Shown piece after piece: positions 41,400 through 52,038 of a DNA stretch of 64,000 nt (positions are counted from its first letter, which is position 1; each line of letters begins with the position of its first letter). The position numbers were made by a program, and so were the translations under genes. The DNA is from Bacillus subtilis subsp. subtilis str. 168 (lineage in GTDB: Bacteria; Bacillota; Bacilli; Bacillales; Bacillaceae). The notes below the pieces were generated by a model. It worked only from the letters and a program-made list of their open reading frames with translations, ran no database searches and was not told where the DNA came from. Location: contig NC_000964.3 of the NCBI RefSeq assembly GCF_000009045.1, positions 1,984,001-2,048,000 of the forward strand, read 5' to 3'.

Positions 41400-43442
41400 A
41401 TGAGATCTTTTGCCACACAACAAAACGGCATTTTCAAATCCGTTTGCTCGCTGGACTGCCCGGATCAGTGCGGATTGTTAATACATAAAAAAGACGGGAA
41501 AATCGTAAAAGTGCAAGGAGACCCTGATCATCCTGTCACAGCTGGAAACATATGCAACAAAGTCCGGAATATGACGGAGCGCATCTATGATGAAAAGCGG
41601 CTGACTACACCGCTCAAACGAACAGGTGCGAAAGGCCAAGCGATATTTGAACCGATTTCCTGGAAAGAGGCAATCGATACGATCACCTCCCGCTGGAAAC
41701 AGCTGATTGATGAAGAGGGAGCTGAAAGCATACTTCCTTACAGCTTTTACGGAAATATGGGGAAATTGACAGCTGAAGGAATGGACCGCCGCTTTTTTTA
41801 CCGCATGGGGTCAAGCCAGCTTGAACGGACGATTTGCAGCAAAGCGGGATCTGAAGGCTATAAATATACAATGGGCATAAGCGCGGGAATCGATCCTGAG
41901 GAAACCGTTCATACAAAACTATTTATTTTTTGGGGAATCAACGCGGTCAGCACAAATATGCACCAAATTACGATCGCCCAAAAAGCGCGAAAAAAAGGTG
42001 CCAAAATTGTCGTGATCGATGTGCATAAAAATCAAACAGGACGTCTTGCAGATTGGTTTATCCCAATAAAACCGGGAACCGACAGTGCACTTGCTCTTGG
42101 CATCATGCACATTTTATTTAAAGAAAACCTTCATGATGAAGCATTTCTGTCCGAGTACACGGTTGGCTATGAAGAGCTCCGTGAACACGTGAAACAATAT
42201 GATCCTGAAAAGGTATCGACGATCACCGGTGTCAGTACCGAAGATATTTACCGACTGGCAAAAATGTACGGGGAAACCTCCCCTTCTTTTATCAGAATCG
42301 GAAACGGACCCCAGCATCACGATAACGGGGGGATGATTGTAAGGACGATTGCCTGTCTTCCGGCGATCACCGGCCAATGGCTGCACACAGGGGGCGGCGC
42401 AATTAAGCATAACAGCGGAATTTTAGAATATAACACAAATGCCTTGCAGCGGCCCGACTTATTGAAAGGGCGCACCCCGAGGTCGTTTAATATGAATCAG
42501 CTTGGCAGGGTGCTTTTGGAAACAGACCCGCCGATTCGCTCTCTATTTATTTACGGAACGAACCCTGCCGTCGTCGCGCCCGAAGCAAACAAAGTCAGAC
42601 AGGGCTTGCTGCGGGAAGACTTGTTTACTGTGGTTCATGATTTGTTTTTAACGGAAACGGCTGCATATGCGGACATTGTACTGCCTGCAACATCCGCTTT
42701 TGAAAATACTGATTTTTACACCTCCTACTGGCACCATTACATTCAGCTTCAGCAGCCGGTGATTGAGAGATATGGGGAAAGCAAGTCTAACACTGAGGTT
42801 TTCCGATTACTGGCTGAAGCCATGGGATTCACAGACCAGGAGCTTAAAGATTCAGATGAAGTATTAATCCGCCAGGCGCTTGACCATCCAGATAATCCGC
42901 ATTTGGCAGAGATTGATTACGATTCACTTACTAAGCATTCATTTATGAAAGCGAAACGTGAAAAGCCGCTGTTTCCGGGCGAACTTCCAACGCCAAGCGG
43001 AAAAATAGAATTATATTCAGAAAAAATGAAACAAGACGGCTTCCCTGCTTTACCGACATATACACCTCTTGTAACCGATAATGAACATCCGTTTATGTAT
43101 GTTCCGGGGCCAAACCATAATTTCTTAAACTCAACATTTTCCAATAATGAAAAACACATCAAGCTTGAAAAGACGCCAAAGCTCTTTATCAACACAAAAG
43201 ATGCTGAAAAACACGGAATCGTTGATGGGGCACCTGTACGAATTTGGAACAGCCGGGGAGAATGCGAGCTGACCGCTGCAGTTGGAGAACAAGTGCTGCC
43301 AGGTGTCGTTGTCAGCCAAGGATTATGGGCGGATGAACAAGGAAAAAAACAGCTTGTAAACGCGCTAACCCCAGATCGCTTGTCCGATATGGGCGGCGGC
43401 GCCACCTTTTTTTCAGGCCGTGTACAGATTGAAAAGGTTTGA
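41400..43442 (+). CDS. yoaE: Molybdopterin oxidoreductase (formate dehydrogenase-like), cytoplasmic
   Basis: CSLDCPDQC...C 4Fe-4S motif, D..L.ETA..AD.VLPA, C-terminal molybdopterin dinucleotide domain; no TAT signal seen. Confidence 0.88.
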   Translation: MRSFATQQNGIFKSVCSLDCPDQCGLLIHKKDGKIVKVQGDPDHPVTAGNICNKVRNMTERIYDEKRLTTPLKRTGAKGQAIFEPISWKEAIDTITSRWKQLIDEEGAESILPYSFYGNMGKLTAEGMDRRFFYRMGSSQLERTICSKAGSEGYKYTMGISAGIDPEETVHTKLFIFWGINAVSTNMHQITIAQKARKKGAKIVVIDVHKNQTGRLADWFIPIKPGTDSALALGIMHILFKENLHDEAFLSEYTVGYEELREHVKQYDPEKVSTITGVSTEDIYRLAKMYGETSPSFIRIGNGPQHHDNGGMIVRTIACLPAITGQWLHTGGGAIKHNSGILEYNTNALQRPDLLKGRTPRSFNMNQLGRVLLETDPPIRSLFIYGTNPAVVAPEANKVRQGLLREDLFTVVHDLFLTETAAYADIVLPATSAFENTDFYTSYWHHYIQLQQPVIERYGESKSNTEVFRLLAEAMGFTDQELKDSDEVLIRQALDHPDNPHLAEIDYDSLTKHSFMKAKREKPLFPGELPTPSGKIELYSEKMKQDGFPALPTYTPLVTDNEHPFMYVPGPNHNFLNSTFSNNEKHIKLEKTPKLFINTKDAEKHGIVDGAPVRIWNSRGECELTAAVGEQVLPGVVVSQGLWADEQGKKQLVNALTPDRLSDMGGGATFFSGRVQIEKV

Positions 43443-43449
43443 AAAATAA

Positions 43450-43476
43450 TGAAACCCGGAGTATGCCAAGCCCGTA
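43450..43476 (+). promoter_or_regulatory. SigW-type promoter of yoaF
   Basis: TGAAAC-N17-CGTA. Confidence 0.7.
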
Positions 43477-43508
43477 TAACATAACATCGACATAATGGAG
43501 GCATACAC

Positions 43509-43802
43509 ATGGACGTTTTTTTAGGAATTGGTATTGCTTTGGCTGGATATTTTATCGGTGAAGGCTTAAAGCAGAGGAACCAAACCAAAGGTAATGAACA
43601 AAATGATATCTTCCTAATAAAAGAACGGGATATTTACTTTTACATTGGACTTTTTTTAGGAATAACAACGACTGAAGCAAAACAGTTAGCTGGAGACATG
43701 GCAGACCTGCCTTACATCGAAATAAACGGAAAAAAATATGTCCAGAAACATATGTTAAAAGATTGGACATTCACATTAGTTGAAAAACATCAGGGTGAAT
43801 AA
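43509..43802 (+). CDS. yoaF: Small membrane-anchored protein
   Basis: 97 aa; N-terminal hydrophobic helix; GGAGG RBS. Confidence 0.8.
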   Translation: MDVFLGIGIALAGYFIGEGLKQRNQTKGNEQNDIFLIKERDIYFYIGLFLGITTTEAKQLAGDMADLPYIEINGKKYVQKHMLKDWTFTLVEKHQGE

Positions 43803-44174
43803 AACAAATCTGAGGAGAGCGAGATTCATTGTCACGCTCTCCTCTGTTTAGCTGTATGGATCCTGCCACCAAAACTTTGTGCTATAAGCGCTGATAAAAC
43901 GATAAACCACCATCTATGTTCTTTCCTCAAACAACTCAAGATGCCCGTTCCACAACAATAGTTTTTATATTCCTTTGATGACGTGATGTTCTTGATGAAC
44001 GTATGTATCGTAAAACACTTAGAAAACCTATTCGGTTTGAATGTGTGCTCTCATTATGCCCCCATACTGCGCCTTTATCCGCGGAGGATTTTTTTAAAAA
44101 AATATGAAACCTAAAGCTTTTAGATCCTGAATTTTTATTGAACCTCCATATTTCTCCGATTGGTAAAAATTAGC

Positions 44175-44579
44175 CTATACACCGGAAGCTGTACGTTTAT
44201 AAAGGATCAGAGAATCCCATAACCAGTAAATCACTGCAGCCGCAATACTTAACATATAATAAAAGTACGATTGCAATGTCCATGCTATTGACGCAGGTTC
44301 ATTGATAACAAAAAACAGGAAAGCTGCGATAAAAGCAACCACACTGTAAATCAATAGGTACATGACATTGAAAGTTCTCGCTTTTTTCTGCAACTTCATT
44401 TGGAGCGGAACAGCAAAAAGGCCATACACCACAAAACCGTATAATAAAGCAATTGCTGCCGTAAACAATGCAATTATCATATCGCCATACATAACGAAAG
44501 AATAAAACCCTAATAACAAACCAAATGTAAGGCTGGATAGCCCTAATGTCATTAAATAATATGATGCGATTTTTTTCAT
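44175..44579 (-). CDS. yoaG: Four-TM membrane protein
   Basis: 134 aa from MKKIASYY with a GGGGGTG RBS; highly hydrophobic. Confidence 0.8.
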   Translation of the reverse strand: MKKIASYYLMTLGLSSLTFGLLLGFYSFVMYGDMIIALFTAAIALLYGFVVYGLFAVPLQMKLQKKARTFNVMYLLIYSVVAFIAAFLFFVINEPASIAWTLQSYFYYMLSIAAAVIYWLWDSLILYKRTASGV

Positions 44580-44675
44580 TTTTTCACCCCCCTTGTTTGA
44601 TTTATTCACAGTGCTGTTAGTATAAATTCACAACCTTTGTATTTCTTTTATCGAGATGTCTTCCCTAACGTGCTA

Positions 44676-44702
44676 TACGCAATGCGCTAATAAAAGGTTT
44701 CA
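44676..44702 (-). promoter_or_regulatory. SigW-type promoter of yoaG
   Basis: Minus strand TGAAAC-CTTTT...-CGTA (N17). Confidence 0.7.
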
Positions 44703-44853
44703 AAAATGACGTTCTTTTATTAGATAATACGCTGGCTGAAAACGCCTCTCCTGATTGGCCAAAGCGCGAATGAAAAAAGTGCATGAATACCTGCCCAACA
44801 GACAGAATAAGAAGAGTTGATATTTCAACACTTTTCGTAAAGGGGTGAAACCA

Positions 44854-44976
44854 ATGAGTAAGAAAGGTATTCAAAATTCAAGTATTGAACAAATAAGAAA
44901 TGACCATGAGACTGAAACAGCTTTTAAAGCAGATGATCCTAAAAAACACGGTTCCGATCCTAAAAGAACGAAATAA
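44854..44976 (+). CDS. Small hydrophilic 40-aa protein (below ORF-track cutoff)
   Basis: MSKKGIQNSSIEQIRNDHETETAFKADDPKKHGSDPKRTK* with an AAGGGGTG RBS 6 nt upstream; co-directional with yozQ. Confidence 0.6.
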   Translation: MSKKGIQNSSIEQIRNDHETETAFKADDPKKHGSDPKRTK

Positions 44977-45019
44977 GTTCTTACCCCCACTAAAATATCA
45001 ATAATCTGGAGGAAGTAAA

Positions 45020-45313
45020 GTGACTCAAAAAAACGGTGCAGACAGACCTGATGATTATAAAAGATTTTCTTCATTAGACAAGGAATATGATTTTCAGCAA
45101 TCTATACGCAGCAATACTGAGACAGAAAGTGTAAACACTGAAACACAAACTCATAACAAAGAAAACAAAAATGACACAACAGATGTTGCCGGGAAATACT
45201 TTGAGCCCTCAGATTATAAAGGAAGCACGCAATTAGAAAAAGGATTGGCTGAAACTCATGAACAGGTCAGCGATGACTATTTTGAAGGGACAATCGATCA
45301 AAATTTGGACTAG
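45020..45313 (+). CDS. yozQ: Small acidic spore-associated protein (YozQ family)
   Basis: 97 aa, GTG start with GGAGG RBS; AGKYFEPSDY...GLAETHEQVSDDY motif. Confidence 0.8.
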   Translation: MTQKNGADRPDDYKRFSSLDKEYDFQQSIRSNTETESVNTETQTHNKENKNDTTDVAGKYFEPSDYKGSTQLEKGLAETHEQVSDDYFEGTIDQNLD

Positions 45314-45428
45314 CCATACAAACGGAACTAACTTAAAAGAAGTCAGTTAACTCTGTTTTTAGAAACAACCACAGTAAAAGTAGCCAACCCCCACCGAATA
45401 AGATGGGGGTTGCACGTAAGTAGCCTGT

Positions 45429-47114
45429 TTAATATTTAAAACGATTAATGACGGTTTGAAGTTCTTCTGCCAACTGAGATAGAGATTCTGCGGCATAGGA
45501 GATTTCCCCCATTGAATGAAGCTGTTCCTGTGATGAATTTGCAACCGCTTCTGTATTTGCTGACGTTTCTTTTGTACCAGCAGCCAATGTATGAACTGTG
45601 TGCTGAATCACTTCAACGCCTGAAGTAAGCTGTTGAGTTGCTGCTGCAACTTCTTGTATTTGAGAAGTGACCTGTTCCACCAGGTTCAGTATTTCATTGA
45701 AATTTCCTGTTGTCTCTTGAGAAAGAACAATACCTGAGCTCACATTTTCTTGAACAACTTTAATATTATTTACCGTTTCTATCGATTCGTTTTGGATGGT
45801 CGCTACCACCGATTGGATGTGGTTTGCAGATTTATTTGTTTCATCCGCCAACTTCCGAACTTCTTCTGCCACCACAGCAAATCCTTTTCCTTGCTCTCCG
45901 GCTCTGGCCGCCTCGATCGCTGCATTTAGTGCCAACAAATTTGTCTGCTCTGAAATCGTCGTGATAAGCGAAGAGATATCGCTGATTTCTGCTGTGCTCG
46001 CTACCAATGTTTGCAATCCATTGCCGGCTGAATCTACAGATTTATCAATGAATTTCATCTGGTCTAACATCTTGTTGACGGACTTAGAGCCTATTTCAGC
46101 CTTGTCTCTCATCGAAGAAGAAAGATCCGCTATGTTCCCTGTATTTGAAGCGACTGATGATATACTGTCTAATAATTCAGTGATGGATTCTGCGCTCTTT
46201 TCTGTCATTGAGCTTTGCTTCACATTGCTGTCGGCAGCCATCTGCATGGCTCGTGAAATATGTTCAGATGTTGATTTCGATTCTTCCGCGCTTGCCGATA
46301 ATTCTTCAGAGGAAGCGGCGACTTGTTCAGATGAGCTGCTGATCTGCTTCACAATTTGAGTTAATGAATGAGTAAAAGAATTAAAAGATTGGGCAAGCTG
46401 GCCAAATTCATCTTTATTTTTCACAATGACTTTTTTGGTTAAATCAGCCTCGCCGTGTGCAATTTCCTCCAGCTGCTTATTTATGCTTCTTAGTGGCACC
46501 ATAATGGACTTTAACAGCATTATGCTTAGAACAATGCCTAATATTACTGATATCCCTGTGACAATGATAATGAGCGATTGACTCATTTTCCCATTGCCCT
46601 GTATTTCATCCTTTAGATCCTCTACCTCTTGATCCAGGCGATCAGACAGCTTATTGACAGCCGGAGCTACGCCTTCTTTTCTTATTGTTCTTTCTTCTCC
46701 AAAATGGATGGTTTCTGCTTTTTTAGGATTTGAAGAGTAGGCTGTTACTACTTGCTGATTCAAAGCTCTATACTGAGTAAAACTTGTCTTAATGTCTTCA
46801 ATATTGGATTGATACTTCTCTTCATCAATCAAGTCATTAACCCGGTCAAGGCTCTTTAAGACATCGTCTGCTTTTCCCTTCATACCCTCGTCGTATTCTT
46901 TGTCTCTGGTAATCAAGAAGCCTCTTTCATCATTTGATAACCCGGTCAATTCATATTGGATGTGTTTTATCTCTTTTTGGAATTCCATTTTGTCTTTAAG
47001 TTCTTCATTCTTTTTCACAGTAGAAGAAATCATAAATACTGAGGAGCCTCCAATTCCAATAATTGAAACAACTAATATTGATATAATCCCCAGCAATTTT
47101 GTTTTCACTTTCAT
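45429..47114 (-). CDS. yoaH: Methyl-accepting chemotaxis protein
   Basis: TM - four-helix sensor - TM - HAMP - MCP signalling domain ([27 protein letters not shown]). Confidence 0.93.
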
Positions 47115-47204
47115 GTGTCGTTTTCCCTTTCCGCACAATGTAATGGCTGAAATAAAATATGTTCAAGCGCGTTTGAATCCAATTCGCTTACGCTCATGTC
47201 CATA

Positions 47205-47230
47205 ATATCGACACGTGTTATCAAGTTTTA
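47205..47230 (-). promoter_or_regulatory. SigD-type promoter of yoaH
   Basis: TAAA-N14-GTCGATAT versus consensus TAAA-N15-GCCGATAT. Confidence 0.6.
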
Positions 47231-47438
47231 TAGTGATATTCTTATATGAATAAGCAAATTCTTTACGTCTCTGAACTTACAGAAAAACCTTAAGTAAAAT
47301 TTGCAGTCTTTTGCGGTATGTAAGTCACTCTTATTCGTTTTTCTAAAAAAGGCTTTTCCCACCTCAAATTGGCTGAACCGGCTGTTTTCTCGAAAATATA
47401 ATACAATACGCAGCATAATATGAAGGAGCGAAACTTAA

Positions 47439-48890
47439 ATGGGGATCATCAATGGTAAAGAATTCATTGACCGATTGAATAAACTAGAAAACGAAATATG
47501 GTATGATGGCGAAAAAATAAAGGGTAACATTTCTGAGCATCCTGCATTTAAAGGAATAATCAAAACAAAAAGCTCACTTTATGAATTGCAAACAAAGGAT
47601 GAGTTAATACATGAAATGACTTATTGCCTTCCTGGAGATCATAATCGAATCGGCCTTTCCTATCTCCAGCCTAAAACAAAAAATGATTTGAAAAAAAGAA
47701 GGACCATGATTGAACATTGGGCTAGACATACTCATGGAATGATGGGGAGAAGTCCGGATTACATGAATACGGTTATGATGAGCTTTGCTTCGTCAGCGGA
47801 GCTTCTAAAAGATAAAGAGAATTGCTTTCCTGAACATATACTAGATATGTATGAACAAGCTGCTAAGCATGACCTTTCCTTTACCCATACATTCATTACT
47901 CCGCAAGTGAACCGGTCACAGTCCTATTTTGGGCTAAGTGAAAAACCGATATCTGCTAAAGTCATTGATAGAACCGAAAAAGGTTTAATGATTCATGGCG
48001 CACGACTGCTTGCCACACAAGGCGGGTTGACCGATGAAATCTTGGTTTTTTCAGCGCCTAAATTTTTCTTTGAAACAGATGAAGCTTATGCTTTTTCAAT
48101 CCCTTCTAATACAAAAGGCGTAAAATTCATCACAAGAGAATCATTTGTATTAAGCGACTCTTCCTTTAATCATCCCTTAAGCTCAAGGTATGAAGAAATG
48201 GATTCAATTGTGGTTTTTGATCATGTGTTAGTGCCGTGGAATCGTGTGTTTTTTTACGATAATGTGGAAGCAGCTAAAGATTTTATGACAAAAAGCTCTT
48301 TTCATGCCTTTACCTTTCACCAGGTTGTCATTAGGCAAATGATAAAAATTGAATTTCTATTAGGTGTTGCACAGCTTCTTGTCGACACCATTAATGTTTC
48401 CGAATATCAGCACATCCAAGAAAAGCTCTCAGAAATCATTGTGGGATTGGAAACAATCAAAGCCCTCATTGACAAATCGGAAAATGATGCTCAGTTAGAT
48501 GAATTCGGCTATATGCGCCCCTGTTTAATTCCTCTTCAAGTCATCAGTACGATCATTCCTAAGCTATATCCTCGATTTACTGAAATCATACAATTAATTG
48601 GAGCTAGCGGAATGGTGACACTGCCTACCGAAAATGCATTTGACTCAGAGATACGGGAAGATCTTGACCAATATCTTCAAGCAACCAATACAAATGCTGA
48701 AGAACGTGTGAAAATTTTCCGTTTGGCATGGGATTTAACAATGAGTTCATTCGGAACTAGACAAACTCACTACGAAAGATATTTTTTCGGAGATCCTATT
48801 CGGATTTCAAGCAGGCTGTATACCAGTTATCCAAAGCAGGAGCAGTTGAACATGATTAAAACATTTTTACATGCAGATACAGAACATTGA
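47439..48890 (+). CDS. yoaI: 4-hydroxyphenylacetate 3-monooxygenase oxygenase component (HpaB-like)
   Basis: GRSPDY, PQVNRS, GA..LAT and DHVLVPWNRVF motifs; 483 aa. Confidence 0.88.
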   Translation: MGIINGKEFIDRLNKLENEIWYDGEKIKGNISEHPAFKGIIKTKSSLYELQTKDELIHEMTYCLPGDHNRIGLSYLQPKTKNDLKKRRTMIEHWARHTHGMMGRSPDYMNTVMMSFASSAELLKDKENCFPEHILDMYEQAAKHDLSFTHTFITPQVNRSQSYFGLSEKPISAKVIDRTEKGLMIHGARLLATQGGLTDEILVFSAPKFFFETDEAYAFSIPSNTKGVKFITRESFVLSDSSFNHPLSSRYEEMDSIVVFDHVLVPWNRVFFYDNVEAAKDFMTKSSFHAFTFHQVVIRQMIKIEFLLGVAQLLVDTINVSEYQHIQEKLSEIIVGLETIKALIDKSENDAQLDEFGYMRPCLIPLQVISTIIPKLYPRFTEIIQLIGASGMVTLPTENAFDSEIREDLDQYLQATNTNAEERVKIFRLAWDLTMSSFGTRQTHYERYFFGDPIRISSRLYTSYPKQEQLNMIKTFLHADTEH

Positions 48891-48926
48891 AAAAACAGCG
48901 GGAAAAGATCCGCTGTTTCGTATTTT

Positions 48927-49625
48927 TTATTCAGGAAACTGAACATGGCCCGGTACTGTATAGGCTTTGGACGTTCCGCTTTCAGGCAGCTTTGGAATGG
49001 TGTCTTTCACAACTTTTCCGCGGATGTCAGTCATTCTGACTTTGAGAGAGCCAGTACCTAAATTCGTACTCACAAAATGGTTATAGTCCATTTTCTCCAT
49101 GTTGATCCACTTACCATCCTTTTCATATTCCATTTTCATAACAGGATACTTGTGATTTCTGACTTGGATTGCTGCCCACCACCTGCTGCTGCCTTCTTTG
49201 ATCCGGTACGTGAAATTGCCGGTGATTGGGGCTTTGACAACACGCCATTTAATATTGATTTTTCCGTCTTTCATATTGCCGATTTTACGGAAGGCATTAG
49301 GTGACAGATCAAGAGCTCCCCGAGCGCCTTCGGGATAAAGATCAGTAACATATACGGTTGTTTTCCCTTTTGGCCCTTCAACTTCCAAATAAGAGCCGGC
49401 AAGTGCCGCTTTTACTCCTCCGTAATTGAGATCCGCCGGATTTATTGCAGTAATCTCCATATCGGAAGGAATGGGATCCAGCAGGAAAGCTCCTCCTGAA
49501 TAGCCTGACCCTGTATACGTTGCATAACCTTCATGCAGGTCGTCATATGCTGCCGAAGCTTGCGGGGAAAAACAGAAGATCGTCAACAAAACCATACCAA
49601 CAAATGCACTCATGATCTTTTTCAT
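48927..49625 (-). CDS. exlX: Bacterial expansin EXLX1 (yoaJ)
   Basis: Signal peptide; ATYTGSGYSGGA, TDLYP, ALDLS; CBM63-like C-terminus. Confidence 0.95.
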   Translation of the reverse strand: MKKIMSAFVGMVLLTIFCFSPQASAAYDDLHEGYATYTGSGYSGGAFLLDPIPSDMEITAINPADLNYGGVKAALAGSYLEVEGPKGKTTVYVTDLYPEGARGALDLSPNAFRKIGNMKDGKINIKWRVVKAPITGNFTYRIKEGSSRWWAAIQVRNHKYPVMKMEYEKDGKWINMEKMDYNHFVSTNLGTGSLKVRMTDIRGKVVKDTIPKLPESGTSKAYTVPGHVQFPE

Positions 49626-49894
49626 ATTTGGTCCTCCTCAAACCAGACTTCAAATGAGAATCATTATCATTATAAGACTCAATCCATCTGGTTTGAAAGA
49701 GGAAATAGATTCATAGTTGATTTTAAGGCAAATTCACTATCATTCATATATCAAATGTAGGTACTTATGAAAAAGCCAATACAAATGAACGAATGTGCAC
49801 TTCAGCCGAATGTCTTATTTTTCCCTCTCAAAATTCGCATTTCAATAACGAAATGAAACAGGCTGTTGGCCTGATAACAGCTATACAGGAAAAG

Positions 49895-50572
49895 CTATTT
49901 TTCCCCGCTCAGTTTCAACTTAGCTGTCATCATGATGCCAAAGATCAGCACAATCGGAACCCAAATAATGAAGTGATAAAAATCAGGCTCAGCCAGAGCA
50001 ACAATAATAGCCCCTACACAATACAAAATAATAGCCAGTGCTCTTAACACAGTATCTCTTAAGAAAGTCTTCTTTTGCTTCTTAAAAAACAAACGGCCGG
50101 ATATATCCTCTAAAAGAGAAGCCAAAGTGCCGGTCAACACAGTTGAAGAAATACCTGCAATCCCCAGTTTTTTTGCTGCTGTAGTTTGAATCCCCATAGA
50201 AATGCTCATGAGTATAATTAGAATGTGCACAGGAACAAATGCCCGGTAAAAAGAAAGACAAGCAAAGACAAACAAAATGAATGCTTCAAGTGCGAGGGCT
50301 TTTGTCACAGCAGAAGGCCAAAGGGTATTTTCCGCCTTTCCGACCATCAATGTAGCAATGATCACGCCGCATATAAATCCGATTAGCGCAGTCAAGGAAT
50401 TAAAAACAGTGACCTGAATGGATTTGCCGATAGCTAACCCCAATAATACAATGTTTCCAGTCATATTAGCTGTGAACACATGTCCCAGGCTTAAATACCC
50501 GATTACATCCACGATTCCAGCTGTTAAACATAAAAGTGATAGCAAGGTGTTTCGATAAGCTGCTGCAGTCAA
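49895..50572 (-). CDS. yoaK: YoaK/DUF1275 family membrane protein
   Basis: AGIVD...F.ANMTGN and MGIQ...STVLTG motifs. Confidence 0.85.
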   Translation of the reverse strand: MTAAAYRNTLLSLLCLTAGIVDVIGYLSLGHVFTANMTGNIVLLGLAIGKSIQVTVFNSLTALIGFICGVIIATLMVGKAENTLWPSAVTKALALEAFILFVFACLSFYRAFVPVHILIILMSISMGIQTTAAKKLGIAGISSTVLTGTLASLLEDISGRLFFKKQKKTFLRDTVLRALAIILYCVGAIIVALAEPDFYHFIIWVPIVLIFGIMMTAKLKLSGEK

Positions 50573-50744
50573 CGGTGTATCAATCCTTTCTTCTATTTCA
50601 ATTGTTAGTATGTCTTTTGGCGCAATCTCTATTTTTTAAGTAACCCAACATTAATTAGGAAGATAGAACCTATTATTCCTTTCCATTAACTGTAATAATA
50701 ATCCCCGCAAGGAAATGATTAAAATTGAAAGGAAGCATATTGTG

Positions 50745-51782
50745 ATGAAACGACTTTGTTTATGGTTCACCGTCTTTAGCTTGTTTTTGGTTCTCTTGCC
50801 TGGAAAAGCATTAGGTGCAGTCGATTTTCCGAATACCTCAACAAATGGCCTTTTAGGTTTTGCCGGAAATGCCAAAAATGAAAAAGGCATCTCTAAAACG
50901 GGCACAACGGGTGGAAAAAACGGGCAGATTGTTTACATTCAAAGCGTAAATGATTTAAAAACCCATCTAGGAGGATCCACTCCGAAAATTTTAGTGCTTC
51001 AAAATGATCTTTCCGCATCTGCGAAAACAACAGTTACCATTGGCTCAAATAAAACACTCGTGGGCTCTTACGCGAAAAAAACGCTGAAAAATATTTATTT
51101 AACAACTTCATCAGCTTTTGGAAATGTCATTTTTCAAAATTTAACGTTTGAACACAGTCCGCAGATTAACGGAAATAATGATATCCAGCTTTATTTAGAT
51201 TCCGGTATGAACTATTGGATTGATCACGTCACATTCTCAGGTCATAGCTATAATGCAAGCGGAAGCGATTTGGACAAACTCGTGTATATCGGAAAATCCG
51301 CAGATTATATCACGATCAGCAACTCAAAATTTGCGAATCATAAATACGGTTTGATTTTAGGATACCCGGATGATTCTCAGCATCAATATGACGGCTACCC
51401 CCACATGACAATCGCCAATAATTATTTTGAGAACTTGTATGTTAGAGGCCCAGGTCTGATGAGATACGGTTACTTTCATGTTAAAAACAATTACAGCAAT
51501 AATTTTAACCAGGCGATTACAATTGCTACAAAAGCAAAAATATATTCCGAATATAATTACTTTGGGAAAGGCAGTGAAAAAGGCGGCATCCTTGACGACA
51601 AGGGCACTGGTTATTTCAAAGACATAGGCAGCTATCCATCACTCAACAAGCAAACCTCTCCGCTGACTTCTTGGAATCCTGGGTCAAACTATAGCTATCG
51701 TGTCCAAACGCCGGAATATACAAAAGAATTTGTCACGAAATATGCCGGATCACAAAGTACAACTCTGGTATTTGGCTACTGA
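50745..51782 (+). CDS. pelB: Secreted pectin lyase (PL1)
   Basis: Signal peptide; GFA...TTGG, NYWIDH, ITISN and RGPGLMRYG motifs; start at ATG 50745. Confidence 0.9.
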
Positions 51783-52038
51783 TATAAAAGAGGCCCTGCG
51801 TTAAAAACGCTGTGCCTCTTTTTATACTATAGGCTATTTTTAAGCGATCCTTGTAATTCCATCAAGATCCAGCGTCGGTCAAACTAAAAAGCATATGTTC
51901 TTTTCCACAATAACTTCTTAACTGGCTTTCTTATTATACCAGTTTATCGCAAGTGAAAAGAAATCATTGTTCTGAACCTGTATTAAATGAACGATCGTCC
52001 CACAAACTACTTAAAAACCCCTAAAAAGGATGATGGAT

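Noticed and set aside
43803-44174. About 370-bp gap between yoaF and yoaG with a stop-free minus-strand frame of about 70 codons
   Set aside because: It has no usable start codon with an RBS and no recognisable motif, so it cannot be supported as a gene.
50745-51782. Impression that PelB differs from strain 168 at more residues than neighbouring genes do (possible recombination tract)
   Set aside because: This rests only on memory of the reference sequence and needs an alignment to test.
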